DNA of 64,000 nt, from assembly GCA_951406725.2 (NCBI GenBank), contig OX597814.1:97526001-97590000 (forward strand), read 5' to 3'. The translations under genes were made by a program, and so were the position numbers. The notes under the pieces are model-generated. The model saw only the letters and a program-made list of their open reading frames with translations. It did not search any database and was not told the origin of the DNA. Numbering within the stretch: position 1 is the stretch's first letter; each line of letters opens with the position of its first letter. This stretch comes from Octopus vulgaris (lineage: Eukaryota). This document shows positions 39,116 through 53,521 of this stretch, piece by piece.

Positions 39116-40946
39116 ATATAAAAATTAATGAGTTGTTTAAAGCATAAAATAAATAAAACAAATTTCCTTCAATTTGAAAGATCAGATATGCCTAGTAACC
39201 AAGTTTAAGGGACTACAAACTCCATTTGAAAAAAAATTAAGGAAAATGATAATGTACACAACATGGTAATTATATGATAAAAGAAGTAAGACACGTTCTA
39301 ATAACCATTAAAAGATGTCAAATGTTACTGTAAAAAAACAACATTAAACCAATAACGTATATGGTGCTTAATAGGAAAATCATTTGCAGCGATTTTCTTG
39401 CGTTTAAGTACCATAACTTTTTAACCAGTTTTGGATTGAAAAAAATTAAGACCTATTTAAATATACACTAATTTCTTTAAACGAAGAAATATCAATAAGA
39501 TGCCATTATTAAAATTATTCTTTATACCTATTTTTACTTGCTCCAGCTATTGAACTGCAGCCATGCTGGGACACCACCTTCAAGTGTTTTAGTCGAACAA
39601 ATCAATCCCAATACTTAGTATTTAAATCTGGTACTTATCATTTCGTTCACTTCTTGCTGAACTGCTAAGTCACAGGAACGTAAACCAACACCAGCAGTCA
39701 AGCAGTGGCGTACGCACACACACACAATGCGCTTCCACAGTTTCCATCTACCAAATTCACTCACAAGACTCGAGGCAACAGTAGAGGACATTTGCCCAAG
39801 GTGCCGAGCAGTGGGACTGAACCCAAAGTGGAAATCCAAAATCTTGATCATTTCCTTGCAATTACAGATTGTTGCTATTTTCAGCATTCCCCACCAATTA
39901 TAAAAGCTAAGTCATTTTTTTTAAACGGAAGATCTAATGTATTTTATAGGCGGGTCTTTTATAATTGCTGATCAAGTTAGAAACAAGTCATGAAAGCCTA
40001 TATTGCTAATATGACATGATTGCCTCATGTAATTAAGATGAAATTTTATTTCTTGGATTTATCTTGTACTTGTTTCAGTTATTGGATTGCGGCCATACTT
40101 CAGCATCGCTTTGAAGGGTTTTGGTCAAACAAATTGACCCTAGCACTTATTACTAATTTTGGTACTTAATCTATCGATCATTAGCACGCCGAGAGAAAAT
40201 GCTTAGTTGAAATCTCACTGAAGTTGACTTCACCTTTCATCCTTTCGGAAGTCGATAAAATAAGTACCAGTTGAACACTGGGGAGCGATGTAATCGACTT
40301 GGCCCCGCCCCCAAAACTGCTGGCCTTATACCAAAATTTAAAGCCAATATTTATTTGAAGTTATGAAACAAACGCGCAAAAAAATATTTTTCAGAGGGCA
40401 AGTGTCTTCTACTTATAGCCTTGAACCAAGCAATGCCTTGAGTGGATTTCATGTGCGGAACCTGTAAGAAGCATGTACATATGTTTGTGTGTGCCTCCTT
40501 GTCATGACATCGTGTAATAGTTGTAAATGACTGACACTGTCACACGAATGGGGTTATTTCCAATCTTCTATAAAAACACGTCCAGACATGGGCGAGTGTA
40601 ACCTAGCTTGGAATAGGTAGAGGTAAGCAAGAGAAAGGGCATCCAACAGTAGAAAATGCCTCGACAACAAATTCCGTCTGACCCATGCAAGATGGAAAAG
40701 TAGACGTTAACATGATGACGATCATCGTAGCATCACTAGAATCCCTCCCCACACCCACCAAATAGAAAGAAGAGAGAGAGAGAAAGAGAGACAAAAAAAA
40801 GAGACTGAACATACTCCACTTAGTCAACAATATCATGACCTTTTACGAGAAAAGTCAGTGTTTTTCCTGAGTGAAAATGCAGTACAATATAACAATTAGA
40901 TTGGATGTTGGAGTTGACTTAGTATTTAACTAGATTTTGTAATGTA

Positions 40947-42669
40947 CAGGAATCCCTCTTTTTACGGAAAGAATGCGTTTCTGAAAGCTTGTCCGTAACG
41001 CGAGGTTTCGTAATATGGAATTTTCTTATTGATTTTCATATCAAGTGAGACTGCATTCCTGCGGACTTTTCAGGGAGGTGGGGAGAACAAGCAATCACTT
41101 TCATACACGAAAATAATTTCTAAACTTACACGGTCCAGTATGCCACAAACATAAAAACACAAAAACATTTCGAGAGGAATACGTTAGGGAATTAATAAGA
41201 ATCGTAATATCGAAAGAATGCATTCTTACTACCAAAGATGTTGACTACTGTAATGGTTGTGGAATGAATGTTACTAGAAGGATGAGGGACAATATTTACT
41301 ATCTTATAGTCATTATCACAAACATCAGCTGGACGCACCATCTCTTTGTACGGCTCAGTATAGAAATTGATCTTATTGTAAATTCCTCTTGTAATTTTAT
41401 TTTACAATTAATATCATTATCAGCAAAAACCTGCAAAATTTTCTCTGTAAGTGCCAACCCATCGCAATATTTTTTGGAGCCAATTTATGTGATGGAGGTG
41501 AAACTTCTGTCGGCTCATCTGTATTCTCAGTTTCTTTTTCCAGCATCAGCTCCTCGTTCGATAAACTTTCTTTCTTCGATACCAGCAACTCAATGACATT
41601 ATTCTCAACGACTTCTTCCAATCCTACATCCTTTGCAAGTGCCACAATATCCTTCTGCTTGAGGAAAACATTTAATGTCATGGATACAGTCTGGCCGTAT
41701 TTTTTTTTATCCAAGCACTATTCAAAGTTGGTTTCACTTCATCCCACGACTCAGCCATATTATCTACAACATTCATTATGTTGAATTTCGTCAAGAAATC
41801 TCTAACTGTAGGTTTATCCTCCGTCAGTTGCATTAGTAAATTGAATCGCATATAATATGCCTTGAAGTAGGCTATCACACCTTGATCCATTGGCCAAAGC
41901 AAAGAAGTTGTATTCTTGGAGACATATTCTATTCTCACATTATCAAAAATATAATTTACGTTCAATTGGCGGCTCAGTACATTGTAAGAAAGTTCAGATT
42001 TTATAGATAAGCCAGAAGTGCAAGGGGCGAATTAAGACAAACACACACACACTCTCTCTCATGCAAACACATGTTGGCTATATGCTATCTGTTGCAGCCA
42101 GTTGGATTCAAAAGTTGGTGGGTTGATAGTGGGGATAGCATGGTTTGCATTGGTTTAGATGTTGGTCAAAGTGGTTGTATATTGTTGGTGTTGCAGTGGT
42201 TATATTGCTCTTGCTGTTTAGTCTCCAGTCAATCCTCATAGACATTTCATTCAATTTTTAAAATACACTAGGACACTACATTGTTTTTATTTGAAACGGA
42301 TCTGCTTATCCACTTCATTCTATATTGCTGTTGGTTGTTGCGTTCGTGTTGATGAGAGAAACGTACATCCATACATACACACATTAAAAAATAGAGAGAG
42401 ATATGGGGGGGGACAGAGAGGGTGATATAGATAAACATGTTTGGGCTTGAATATAAAATATACATACATATACACATGTAAATATATACAGGGATATATA
42501 CAGAGAGAGAGAGAGAGAGAGAGAGAGGAATAAAAACTGAAAATATTCAGATAAACACTCATATATAAACAAATTTAGTCCTCGACAAAGATCTCGGAAT
42601 GTAAGTTCAGATCATCTGAGCACTAGTGTTTTCTATATTGAGCATTTCTGGATCTCACCTGTTGACTCT

Positions 42670-42700
<31 letters not shown>

Positions 42701-42922
42701 AACGTGATGATAGTTTTCCAAATCGTTAGCTATATACTTTGATCTTAACTAAAACGCAAAATGGCCATTGAGCTAAGAAGAAAGTGCAGTTTTAAATTCT
42801 TTAACAATTCAAAATATATGCACTACGAGTTTCCGTAAGAGCGAAATTATAGACCGCATTCCGAAATTTCCGTAAGCGCGAAATCTCGTAACCTGATATA
42901 GCTATAATGCGCGGGATACCTG
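40947..42922 (-). mobile_element. Tigger/pogo-like (Tc1-mariner) DNA transposon with decayed DDE transposase
   Basis: TA|CAGGAATCCC ... GGGATACCTG|TA termini with TA TSD. Minus-strand KNTTSLLWPMDQGVIAYFKAYY and VIELLVSKKESLSNEEL at ~41400-41965 are typical of pogo/Tigger. Confidence 0.85.
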
Positions 42923-43084
42923 TATTTATATCAAGATTAATTCCAAACTTAATATTTTACAAGAAAATATGACTTATCACTGTGTTGATATGTCAGGGCT
43001 TAAAATTAGATACATGGGAGTCTGATTAAAACAGCAACAACTGCTAAGAAGAAAACCAAACCCACTAATCAAATTTTTAAAAAG

Positions 43085-43665
43085 TTTTATATTATAAAAA
43101 AGCTGATCTCTGTCCGTCCACCCGTCACAAGATACATGTAGAAGAGAAAAAAAATTGTTGAGGGGGAAATACAGTGAGATAGTGTGTGAAAGGTAGATAT
43201 ACAGGTAGTGTTGTCACCATAGTAACTAACAAGTTTTGACTAAAAACGAGGGAATTTTAAGTACAAGTCTGTCAACACAACACAGGCTTCCAAAAAAATT
43301 TTTTTAACTTCCACCATATAACAAAATCGTTATTTTTTTTTGTATTTATGTATTTCTGTATATCTTTTAACATACGGCAACGCAACAGACTTTAAAAGCC
43401 TTTCACCATGATGACAGGTGGTCGCTGCTATTGAGAAATTCAGTGTGTGTGTATGCGTGTGAAAGAATTATTATGTTACAAGACAAAAAACAGGTTGTTG
43501 TTGAGTAATATAGATAGTGGGTATGTGTGTGTGAAAGATAGATCGGTAGTGTTGTCACCATAATAACAAACGAGACTTTCACTTTATAAGTCTCTACTAT
43601 TAAAAAGATACGTGCATGGTTAACAAATATTTTTACCGGCAGCAAAGCGACGGATATATACCTAG
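43085..43665 (+). mobile_element. Possible non-autonomous Helitron-like element(s) with an internal duplication
   Basis: TCTCTACTATTAAAA start-like motif (~43591), CGG...CGG...CTAG|T end (~43637-43665), and duplicated GTGTGAAAG..GGTAGTGTTGTCACCAT at ~43185 and ~43528. Confidence 0.35.
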
Positions 43666-45814
43666 TTTGATATAAAAGTTTACTGAATCTTGATGACAAA
43701 AAAAAAACCCAGTAACAACTAATCTATTAAATTCTTGACAGATAAGTGAAAGACTTCATGGTCATAAGGTCAATATAAATGAAACTGTTTATTTAGTGAA
43801 AGAACTAAACAACAAGAGAGGAAAGGCTACAGCCTCTATATAGAGAATTATAAACCTGCTATAACTTTTCAACAGTAATAACATTTTCTTTCCATATATT
43901 CATAGTATAGACATTTTTCATTTTTTCTCACAATTTTCTTTGCTGATTGTCAGTCCCTTTTTATTATGACAATAACCATTTTCAAGGAGGATATTCCTCA
44001 AATGACAAAAAAAAAACATGTTGAACTATTTTCAGCACTGAAAAATATCAGCAAATTTTAGGGATAAAAACGAAAAAGAAATCCTTGCAACTCATATCTT
44101 TACAATTTAAGAATCTTACACACATCCCATGTTTAAACTCTCTGGTTAAGCCACATTACTCTGTAAGGGGCATAGAGCTGGTTTCTTGGCTTCTCTGGTC
44201 TATTCTTCCTTGGAAAAGATGCTGGTTGGTCGCAGGATAACTCATTTTTACCAGCTGAATAGACAGGAGCAACGTGAAATGAAGTGCTTTGCTCAAAAAC
44301 GCAACGCATTACCTGGTCTGGGAATCGAAACCATTATCTTACGATCATGAGCCATTTACTAACACTTTGATGCCTCGCAATTTTCCAAGATTGACTAGGT
44401 TTCAATTTTTATCAAATATAAAACCTTATTAGCATTTTACCTTAAACAAAGCATCCAAGGTTAGGTTAAGATAATTTATTATCCTTCCTAAATATTCATG
44501 AGTTAGGTCCTATAGTTGTTTCTCTTACCATAACTAACAGTTTAGTTCTCCAGAGTCCTAATCTTCATAAAGCCAGAGATTAACTCAAATTCCGTAGCTT
44601 ATAAATTGACTGAAATTATAACACTGAATGGGACGCAAGCCCATTACAGGGTTAACATCTTGGTTACTGGTAGAACTCATTTACAGCTGAGTGGATTGAA
44701 GTAACAATGAAATACTGGAATAGAAGCCACAATCTTGTGAACGTGAGTACAAAGCCATGTGTCTTCATGACTCGCTAAGCTCTTCAGAACCTCATTGCTA
44801 CCATCCTGACACCACTCAAATATTCAAATCAGCACTTTTGAATTAATATTTTTACTGGACGAATAAGATATCTCTCAGTTTCAACAATAAGTATTGTTTG
44901 ATGAACTGAATTTCCTGCCAACTGAATTGATAAGTTGCTGAGCAATCCACAGACATATACACTCTTAATGTGAATTCTCAGACAAAATCAGCGACACACA
45001 GCATATGAGAAGAATATACTTTTAAATTACAAGTCAATTTGTCTAAGACTTTTATAGCATTCTCATCAACCTATTTTTACTCAAAAGTTGGGTCGACCTG
45101 GGGATATAGAAAATTACATTCGCCTAAAATGCCAAGGACCTTGTGGTTGTGACGTGAACCACTTAAAACCATTCAGCTATAACTATGCCTGATATATGTT
45201 TACTAATTTCCAAAATGAAACATTAACCCTTTTCTTAACCTTTATTTTGTTAGCATCCACTGGCTGTTGAGACTGTTCATTCAAAATAGAAACTTATTAC
45301 AAATTCTGAAATAATTCAGTTATGTTAATATAGTTCTTTACTGATAAAAAGTTATAGTGAAAACTTTTGGTCCATTTAACTAAATCTGTCAAGCATTGTG
45401 GACAGAGATTAATCAGGCACATTTCTTGAGCAGTTAGTGTTGTCAGGTGATTCTCTGTTGACTATCTCTCTAAAATATTCATCTCTTAGCAGAAGGGTGA
45501 TGAGTTTGAACAGAAAGCAGAGTGATGCATACAATATATACATTAAAAAGCACACACACACAGAGAAAAAACTGTGGAGTGGAGGTGGCCTAATAGATCA
45601 CATAAGCTATGATAAATTTATAATGCATTCTCAAATGTAGCTACATCTGCGCAAAAGTGTTCAAGATTTATTTTTACATAAAAGTGCTTTTCTATACATC
45701 TTAATATAAACATATTACATGTGAAAAAGTAAGTTCCCCAAAAAATTCTCCATTTCTATTCCATTGCTGGCTTATAGTCTCCATGGATTGTCATTGGATA
45801 ATTTCCAATTATAA

Positions 45815-46040
45815 TGGTTTCAAAGTTTGGCACAAGGCCAGCAGTTTTAGAGGAAGTGGGGTTAATCAAATTAAATCAACCCAAGTACTAGACTGGTACT
45901 TTATTTTACTGACCCTGAAAGGATGACAAGCAAAGGTGACCCCCAGTGGGATTTGAGCTCAGCACATTAAGAGCCAGAAGAAACGCTACTAAGCATTTTG
46001 TCTGATCTAACATACTACTAATTCTGCCACCCGGCCACCT
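45815..46040 (-). mobile_element. Family A SINE with probable TSD
   Basis: Reverse-complement family A sequence; ATTTCCAATTATAAT occurs on both flanks (~45801 and ~46045). Confidence 0.8.
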
Positions 46041-49000
46041 TATTATTTCCAATTATAATACAAACAAAATACTGACAAGAAAAACAAGAAAATAAATCAA
46101 CAAGCATCCAAAAACTATTAGAAAGCAACACACACACACACACACACACACAACCAGCATTGTGCTAATATAACAAGCATGTTGGAAATTTATGTTGAGA
46201 TTTATAAAGTAGGAATATCTACAATATATACACTATTAAAAAAAAAAACAAAAAAATACCAGAAACTGTTTAATAGTTTCTTACAAAGTATATGAAGAAC
46301 CATTTTTGAATATTCAACAATGGGTATGCATGTACATCTATATATGTACACACACACACATATATATATACATACATATACACACATTATATACAAGTGT
46401 CTGAATGTGTATATAATGTGTGTTCTTTGAGAGAAAAATGCTCAAAAAATTCATTTGCCATCATGAATAATACAAACACTTTCTTACTGTCATGTATAAA
46501 AAGAAAATAAGTATAAAATAAAAAATGATTTATATATATATATTGAACAGATAACATGGCAAATACATATTTTTATTATTATTAAAATTGTTAAATCTTT
46601 TTCATAATGATAATCTAACAATTATATGATTTAACCAATTTTCAGCAATTCACCTTTAAATTAAAACAGTTTTTAACTTATTTATGGTCACTGAGTAAAA
46701 GATAAAAAATCATGGATAACAGGCACATTTGAGTTAGGAAGCAAAAATTGAAATATTCTCAGCGCCTTCTTCGATTTTCAAAAAGATGAGAAGTTGACGA
46801 GCAGATCAAAAACAGAAAAAAAAAAAAAAACTTTAAAAAATCAAAAGAAAAATCACACGTGATGTTTCCTTTTATATTGATAAAAAAAAAAATTCTATCA
46901 AATTCAAGAATATATATTGTATATATATATATACAGAACAATTCAAATGATTACTGATAACAATCTAACAAAACGATTAAAAAAAAAAATATTTACTGAT
47001 ACCAGTATATACAAATATTCGCAAAATCTTGCAGAAATGGTAATCTAAGATGCAGTCAAAGACCAAAAATTGGTTTAAAAAGAATAAGCAAATTTACATT
47101 ACTCGACCCTTTTGTGACTACATTTCTAATGAGTAAACTGCCACTGTGTTTCTATTACAGTTCAATATAATCAGGGTTTGGAAGGGTTTTGCATATATTT
47201 CCTCAATTTCACTTGTACAGTAGTCTTTTTGTAATAAATTTTAATAACAGCTTACAGGAGAAACCACTCAGGATATTAAATTTGTTCATAACTGATCTAA
47301 AGTAACAATGCTAAAAAACTTAATAGGTGCATGCATGTATACATACACACACACACACACGCTGATTATATATATATATATATATATATATATAATCAAA
47401 GTATTTTTATGAGATGATGAAATATTGTATGTTAATTACATTTTGAAGATCACTTATCTGGTATCATCAATATGTTTGATAGTCTGATCTTATATATATA
47501 TACATATATACATATATATCTGTGTGTGTGTGTGTGTGTGTTGAAAGGAAAGTTATCTTAGATGTTGAGCTTTTATTTTTCTGTAAATTTCTTTGTAGGG
47601 AAGACATAAATGAAGTGTGAGATTTTGGCAGAGAGAGATTAGTAGCACCTAATCAAGAGAGGTGAATAAAAGATAAGTGAGATTTAGTTTAAGAAAGGAC
47701 AGTATTACATGAGTATATATTTAATTTCCTCACTCATAATACATTAATCAATATGTACATGCATACTTCACACATACAAAATATATACAGATTAACACAC
47801 ACACACACACACATCATCTCCCTTACCAAACCTATTTGAAATTGTTTTTATTTTCAAAATTATGGTAGATAAATGAATTTTATGTAAGGAAAAGAATTAA
47901 AATCAAATTTTCATAGTTTCCAATAGAAGCCAATAACCATATTGAGAGTAACAAGCAACAAAACAAAATATTAATAATGAATATTTGTAATGGAAAATAC
48001 TGGATATTTGTAATGGGGGTGGGGAGACAGATGACTTTTTTTAATTTGTCAAATCTAGTTAAAAATATAAGGTTATCAGCCAAAATGAGAAAACAGGGAG
48101 AAAACCCTTTCTATGAAATGTTTTGAAACTTTGAAAATCTGACTTAAAAGATTTACATTTCCTTGTTGTTTCTTTACCTTGCATACATTTCTAGATACTT
48201 TTGCTGCTTCCATAAAATAAAATAGTCAAAGGGACATACATAAAACACATGTTCATACAAAGATACACAAACACACATGAAGTATACACATCTGTTTTAA
48301 TACAGTGTGTGTAGCATTATAATTACCATATTTGACAGCTTATAAGATGCATGACCTTATGACACACCTCAATTTTGGCAGTCTCTTTCTTGAAAAACAT
48401 TTCGACCACATTTTTACTTGGCTGTCATAGCCTACCCACCCATCTGGTCATTTAAACCTCTAATATTCAGATTACTGTTAAATGTAATGCCTGTTTATTC
48501 ATGGTTTTGAATTAATCATGCATTATGTTATAGCTTCAAGATTTTGATGATATGATTTGCTTACTTTTAGAATGACATTGTAATGTAGGTTTAAGATGCT
48601 AGGTGTGACAGGTTTAAACATGAAACAGGTAGAATATTTGGGACCTGATACAGTCAGTTTAAATGCTATTGGTAGTTTGAACTCCCAGATTATATAAAAA
48701 TCTTAACTTTTCATTATTATATTTCTAGCTAAAATACATCTTCTATACGTTTCAATCAAACATTAAAATAATTATAAAACCATTTAAATTTATTGATATA
48801 TTACAAAAATCAATTGAGGAATTTTTGCCTCAAAGCTACAATTAATTACAGATAAGGACAAGTGAAATTTGAAATATAAAGTTACTAACATTCTGTTAGT
48901 ACTAAATGATATGGAATTAAATAACTTTTTAAATGACTGCTGGCTTCAAAGTAATGAAAGAGTGAGACTGGCAGTACAGAGCATCAAGTTCTGGGGACAA

Positions 49001-50019
49001 CTAGCTACAAATTAACTTACATATATGGTCAGGTGTTATCATTACATTTTCTCACCAGGTGTTGTGTTATGTTATATGATATAAGTACTATTGATATGCA
49101 TTGATACCTTAGAAAATTACTAGTAACTCTGAAAAGTAAATGGGATGCTTGCACTTCATTTTACAGGGAATTGTAGCCTCGGAACTACCATGTGCCAGTA
49201 AATCAAATACTGACTTTGTGTTCTTAAGTGACAGACTGATTTCTGGAACACATAAAAAAGCCCACCTTATAAGTCATCAAATATGATGCACAAAAATCAA
49301 CTTAGCAACTATTTGTTTAAAAGCTTTATGTGCGTGTATACACACAATAATCAGTAGGATCTTACATCCTCAACACTCAAATTATCTCAGAAAATAAATG
49401 TTTGTTCATGTTTATTTGTGGTAAATAGTAATTTTTTTTTTTTTTTGTGGGAGGGGTGTCATAATATCCTATACATTGACCATAACTAAAATTTACACTG
49501 AAAAAAATAGAAAAAATATAACTAACTTTTTCTTTTAATTCATTAAAAACCTAATAGGTGGCTCAAGATACCAACTTTTAACATTGTTTTCCAATTAAAC
49601 TTCAAAACACATTTTAAAAATTGAAAATGGCTAGAAATGAGCACTAAAAACAAATTATAAAGTTCAGCAAAAAAAAAAAATCTATTCATTATACATGTTG
49701 ATTACTAGCTCAAATTGAGAATGTGTGAGTGTATGTTTGAAAGTACATACACACACACACACGCAGATTGGATACAAAAATAGACATACTCTCCTTCACA
49801 TACAATGAGCAATGCTTAAATGACAAGCCAAATTTTATATATACTACATAATTATTTTTTTTTACATACTTACAAACACAGTGATGGCAGCAGTTCAAAA
49901 GTGACAGGTTTGTTTGCTAAGGAAAAGATATAACATTGGAGGAAGAATCTAAGATCATCAGGTAATGAAGGCAAGAAAGGGAATTGCAGATTATTTAAAT
50001 ACATAACAAAAGTGTTTTG

Positions 50020-50123
50020 TTAGACAACCGTTCCAGATGCTTCTGTTGCATGTTCACTAGAGGATCCACTTATATTCTTCAATTTCAGTTCATGAAACTC
50101 TTTTAATTCATCATAGATGATCT
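50020..50123 (-). CDS. MAPK14: p38 MAPK (MAPK14-like), terminal coding exon: (K)IIYDELKEFHELKLKNISGSSSEHATEASGTVV*
   Basis: Acceptor TTTTTACAG; phase 1 joins the previous exon; IIYDE aligns with p38 LTYDE; TAA at 50020-50022. Confidence 0.85.
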
Positions 50124-50309
50124 CTGTAAAAATAATGAACAATATACATTATTCACATATATGTATATATATTTATATCTGTATATATTTGTGTATGTAT
50201 ATATTTATATGCATATAAATGTATATGTATAAGTATATATATATATGTGTGTGTGTATATATTTATGTGTATGTATGTATATATTTATATGTGTATATAT
50301 GTATAAATA

Positions 50310-52742
50310 CAGAGAGAGAGAGAAAGATAAGAAACAGGCTTGGAAGGACTGGAAGAACTGTGGTAGCAGGGGACTCTATCAGACTGCCAAAAGGGAAGCT
50401 AGGAGACGGGTTTATTTAGCCAGAGGGGAAGCAGATGAGAAAAAATTTGCCAATGTTCTGCGCCATGAGGACCAAAGACTTGAGGTATTTCGTGTTGCAA
50501 GACAGTGTGTGAGAGAGAATCATGATGTTGAAAGAGAGAAATGTGTCCGCATGGATGATGGTTCACTTGCACTAAACAAGGCTGCAAAGAGAGAGGTTTG
50601 GAGATGCCACTATGAAAGGTTGCTCAATAAAGAAAATGAATGGGAGAAAGAGAGTCTGCTGAGGGACCAGCTATCCAAGTTGAGAGTACCTTGGTAGATA
50701 AAGCAATTAAGAGTATGAAGACAGGGAAAGCCCCCGGCCTATCAGGAATCACTGCAGAGATGCTCAAAATATCTGGCAGTGTCGGCTATAGCCTAGTCAC
50801 CTTTATAGTTAACCAAAGGAGTCATACCCAATGACTGGTGTAGCAGCACTATAGCCAACTGCTAGAAAGGTAAAGGTGACACTTTAGATACAAATAATTA
50901 CAGAGGTATCAAGTTGTTGGATCAGGTAATGAAGGTCAAAGAGAGGGTCATAGCCCAACTAATTAGGGAGAGAATGAGTCTAGATGAGATGCAGTGTAGT
51001 TGAGTCAGGGAGAAGCACCACTGACACTATATTTCTGGTAAGACAGCTGCAGGAGAAATACATAGCCAAAGATAAACCTCTGTATTTGGCTTTTGTTGAC
51101 TTGGAGAAAGCTTTTGAGAGAGTCCTCCAATCCCTTGTCTGGTGGTCAATGCAGAAACGAGGGTTAGATAAGTGGTTGGTGAGAACTGTACAAGGCATGA
51201 ACAGGGATGCTACCAGTAAGGTGAGTGTTGGCAACAAGTACAGAGAAGAATTCAAGGTACAAGTAGGGGTTCACCAAGGATGGGTCCTCAGGCCCCACTG
51301 GTTTATCATAATCCTCCAGGCAATAACAGAGGAATTCAAGACAAGCTGCCCCTGGAAGCTCCTCTATGCTGATGACCTTATTCTTATGGCTGAATCACTA
51401 CCAGAACTACAGAAGAGGTTTCAGGTATGGAAACAAGGTCTAGAATCGAAGGGTCTTAAAGTTAATCTAGCAAAAACCAAAGTCTTAGTAAGTAGGAAGG
51501 CAGACAAATCACCAATCCCTTCAGGTAGATGGCCCTGCTTGATCTGTAGAAAAGGCATACGGAGAATCTCCGTAAGCTATGGACACATAAGAGGTGCAGC
51601 AATATCAGAGGAATGTTAACAGAGAAAATAGCTTTTGTGTGTGGAAGATACATAGGTACAATAAACACCGAAAATGTACAGAAAATAGACTCCATCAACT
51701 GTCAATGGGGTAAGCTAGAGGTAGTAGATAATCCATTATCCAGGTGACCAAGTTAGTAGTGGAGGTGGATGCTCTGAGAGCATAGCTGTGAGAATAAGAT
51801 TAGGCTGGGCAAAGTTCTGAGAGTTCTACTGCTGGCAACAAAGGGCCTTTCCCTCAGAGTGAAAAGCAGATTGTATGATGCCTGTGTGTGAATAGCTATG
51901 CAACACAGCAGTGAAACATGAGCTTTGACAGTCAAGGACATGCAGAGCCTTGAAAGAAATGAAGCCAGTATGCTTCACTGGATGTGCAATGTCAGTGTGT
52001 ATGTTTGACAAAGTGTAAGCATCTTGAAAAGGAAGTTGGGCATAAGAAGCATCAGTTGTGGTGTGCAAGAGAGATGACTGTGCTGGTATGGTCATGTGAT
52101 GTATATGTATGAGGACAGCTGCATAAAGAAGTGCCAATCTCTAACTGTGGAGGGAACCTGTGGTAGAGGTAGACCCAGGAAAACATGGGACATGGTGGTG
52201 AAGCATGATCTTTGAATTTTGAGCCTCACAGAGGTAATGACTAGTGACCAAGACCATTGGTGATATGCTGTGCTTGAGAAGACCTGTCAAGCCAAGTGAA
52301 ATCGTAGTCATGGCTGATGCTGGTGTCACATAACTGGCACCCATGCCAGTAGAATGTAAAAAGCACCTTTCGAGCATTGGGCCTCATGGAAGCAAAATGG
52401 CTGAAACCAGAGGCACATGAAAAGCTCCTTTTGAGTGTTGGGCCTCACAGAGGCAATGACCAAGACCTTTGTTATTATGTCATGCTTGAGAAGAAGACCC
52501 ATCAAGCCAAGTAAAATTGTAGTCATGGCAAATAATACTGGTATCACACAAATGGCACCTGTGCCAGTGGCACATAAAAGCACTTTTTACACTCTTGGAG
52601 TGGTTGGCATTAGGAAGGGCATCTAGCCATAGAAACCATGCCAAATCAAACTGGAGTCAGGTGCAGCCTTCCAGTATGCCAGCCCAGTCAAACCATGCCA
52701 GCATGGACAACACATGCTAAATGATGATGATGATGATGATTC
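50310..52742 (+). mobile_element. RTE (BovB-like) LINE, 5'-truncated and decayed, antisense in the last p38 intron
   Basis: MKTGKAPGLSGITAEML; LYLAFVDLEKAF; GVHQG; LLYADDL; VNLAKTKV; GRPRKTW. 3' UTR has tandem duplications and a (GAT)n tail at ~52722-52741. Confidence 0.92.
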
Positions 52743-53287
52743 TGAAATCAGTGTGACAGTGTGTTACCTTTTGAATTTGATGTACAATTCACTCAACAGG
52801 TCTCTATAAAGTTTTTGTCTACCCAATTTCACTCACAAGACATTGGTCAACACAAAGCTATAAAAAATGACATTTACCTATAAAATGTACATAATGCTAA
52901 GTCCTGGATACCAAGTTTTTCCAACCATTAAAATACTAATAACTATATTCCTATCTTTCTTCAAGAATGTGTGAATGATAGTATATTCTAGATATGGAGT
53001 TTACTTTACCCTTTCAATTGCATGATGGATTTTTTACACCACAGCAACCTATCATTAGCACTTTAATATAATAGATATCCAAATACAGAGCATTTTTCAA
53101 GTAGTTGCTTAAAAATAATGGCACCAATAAAAATGTGAAGATAGTGAATTAACCTATGTTTGTATTCTAATGATTAGTGTTTCAAAACCAAAGATAATTT
53201 CTAAATATCTGTTATTTATTCTTATTTTGTTATAATAATGACTAAAAAAGGGGCATGGTTATTAGAAAAAACAAAAAACTTCATTCA

Positions 53288-53521
<234 letters not shown>

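Noticed and set aside
50984-51619. Longest ORF (211 aa) as a functional reverse transcriptase gene
   Set aside because: It is part of a 5'-truncated RTE copy with frameshifts and stops on both sides.
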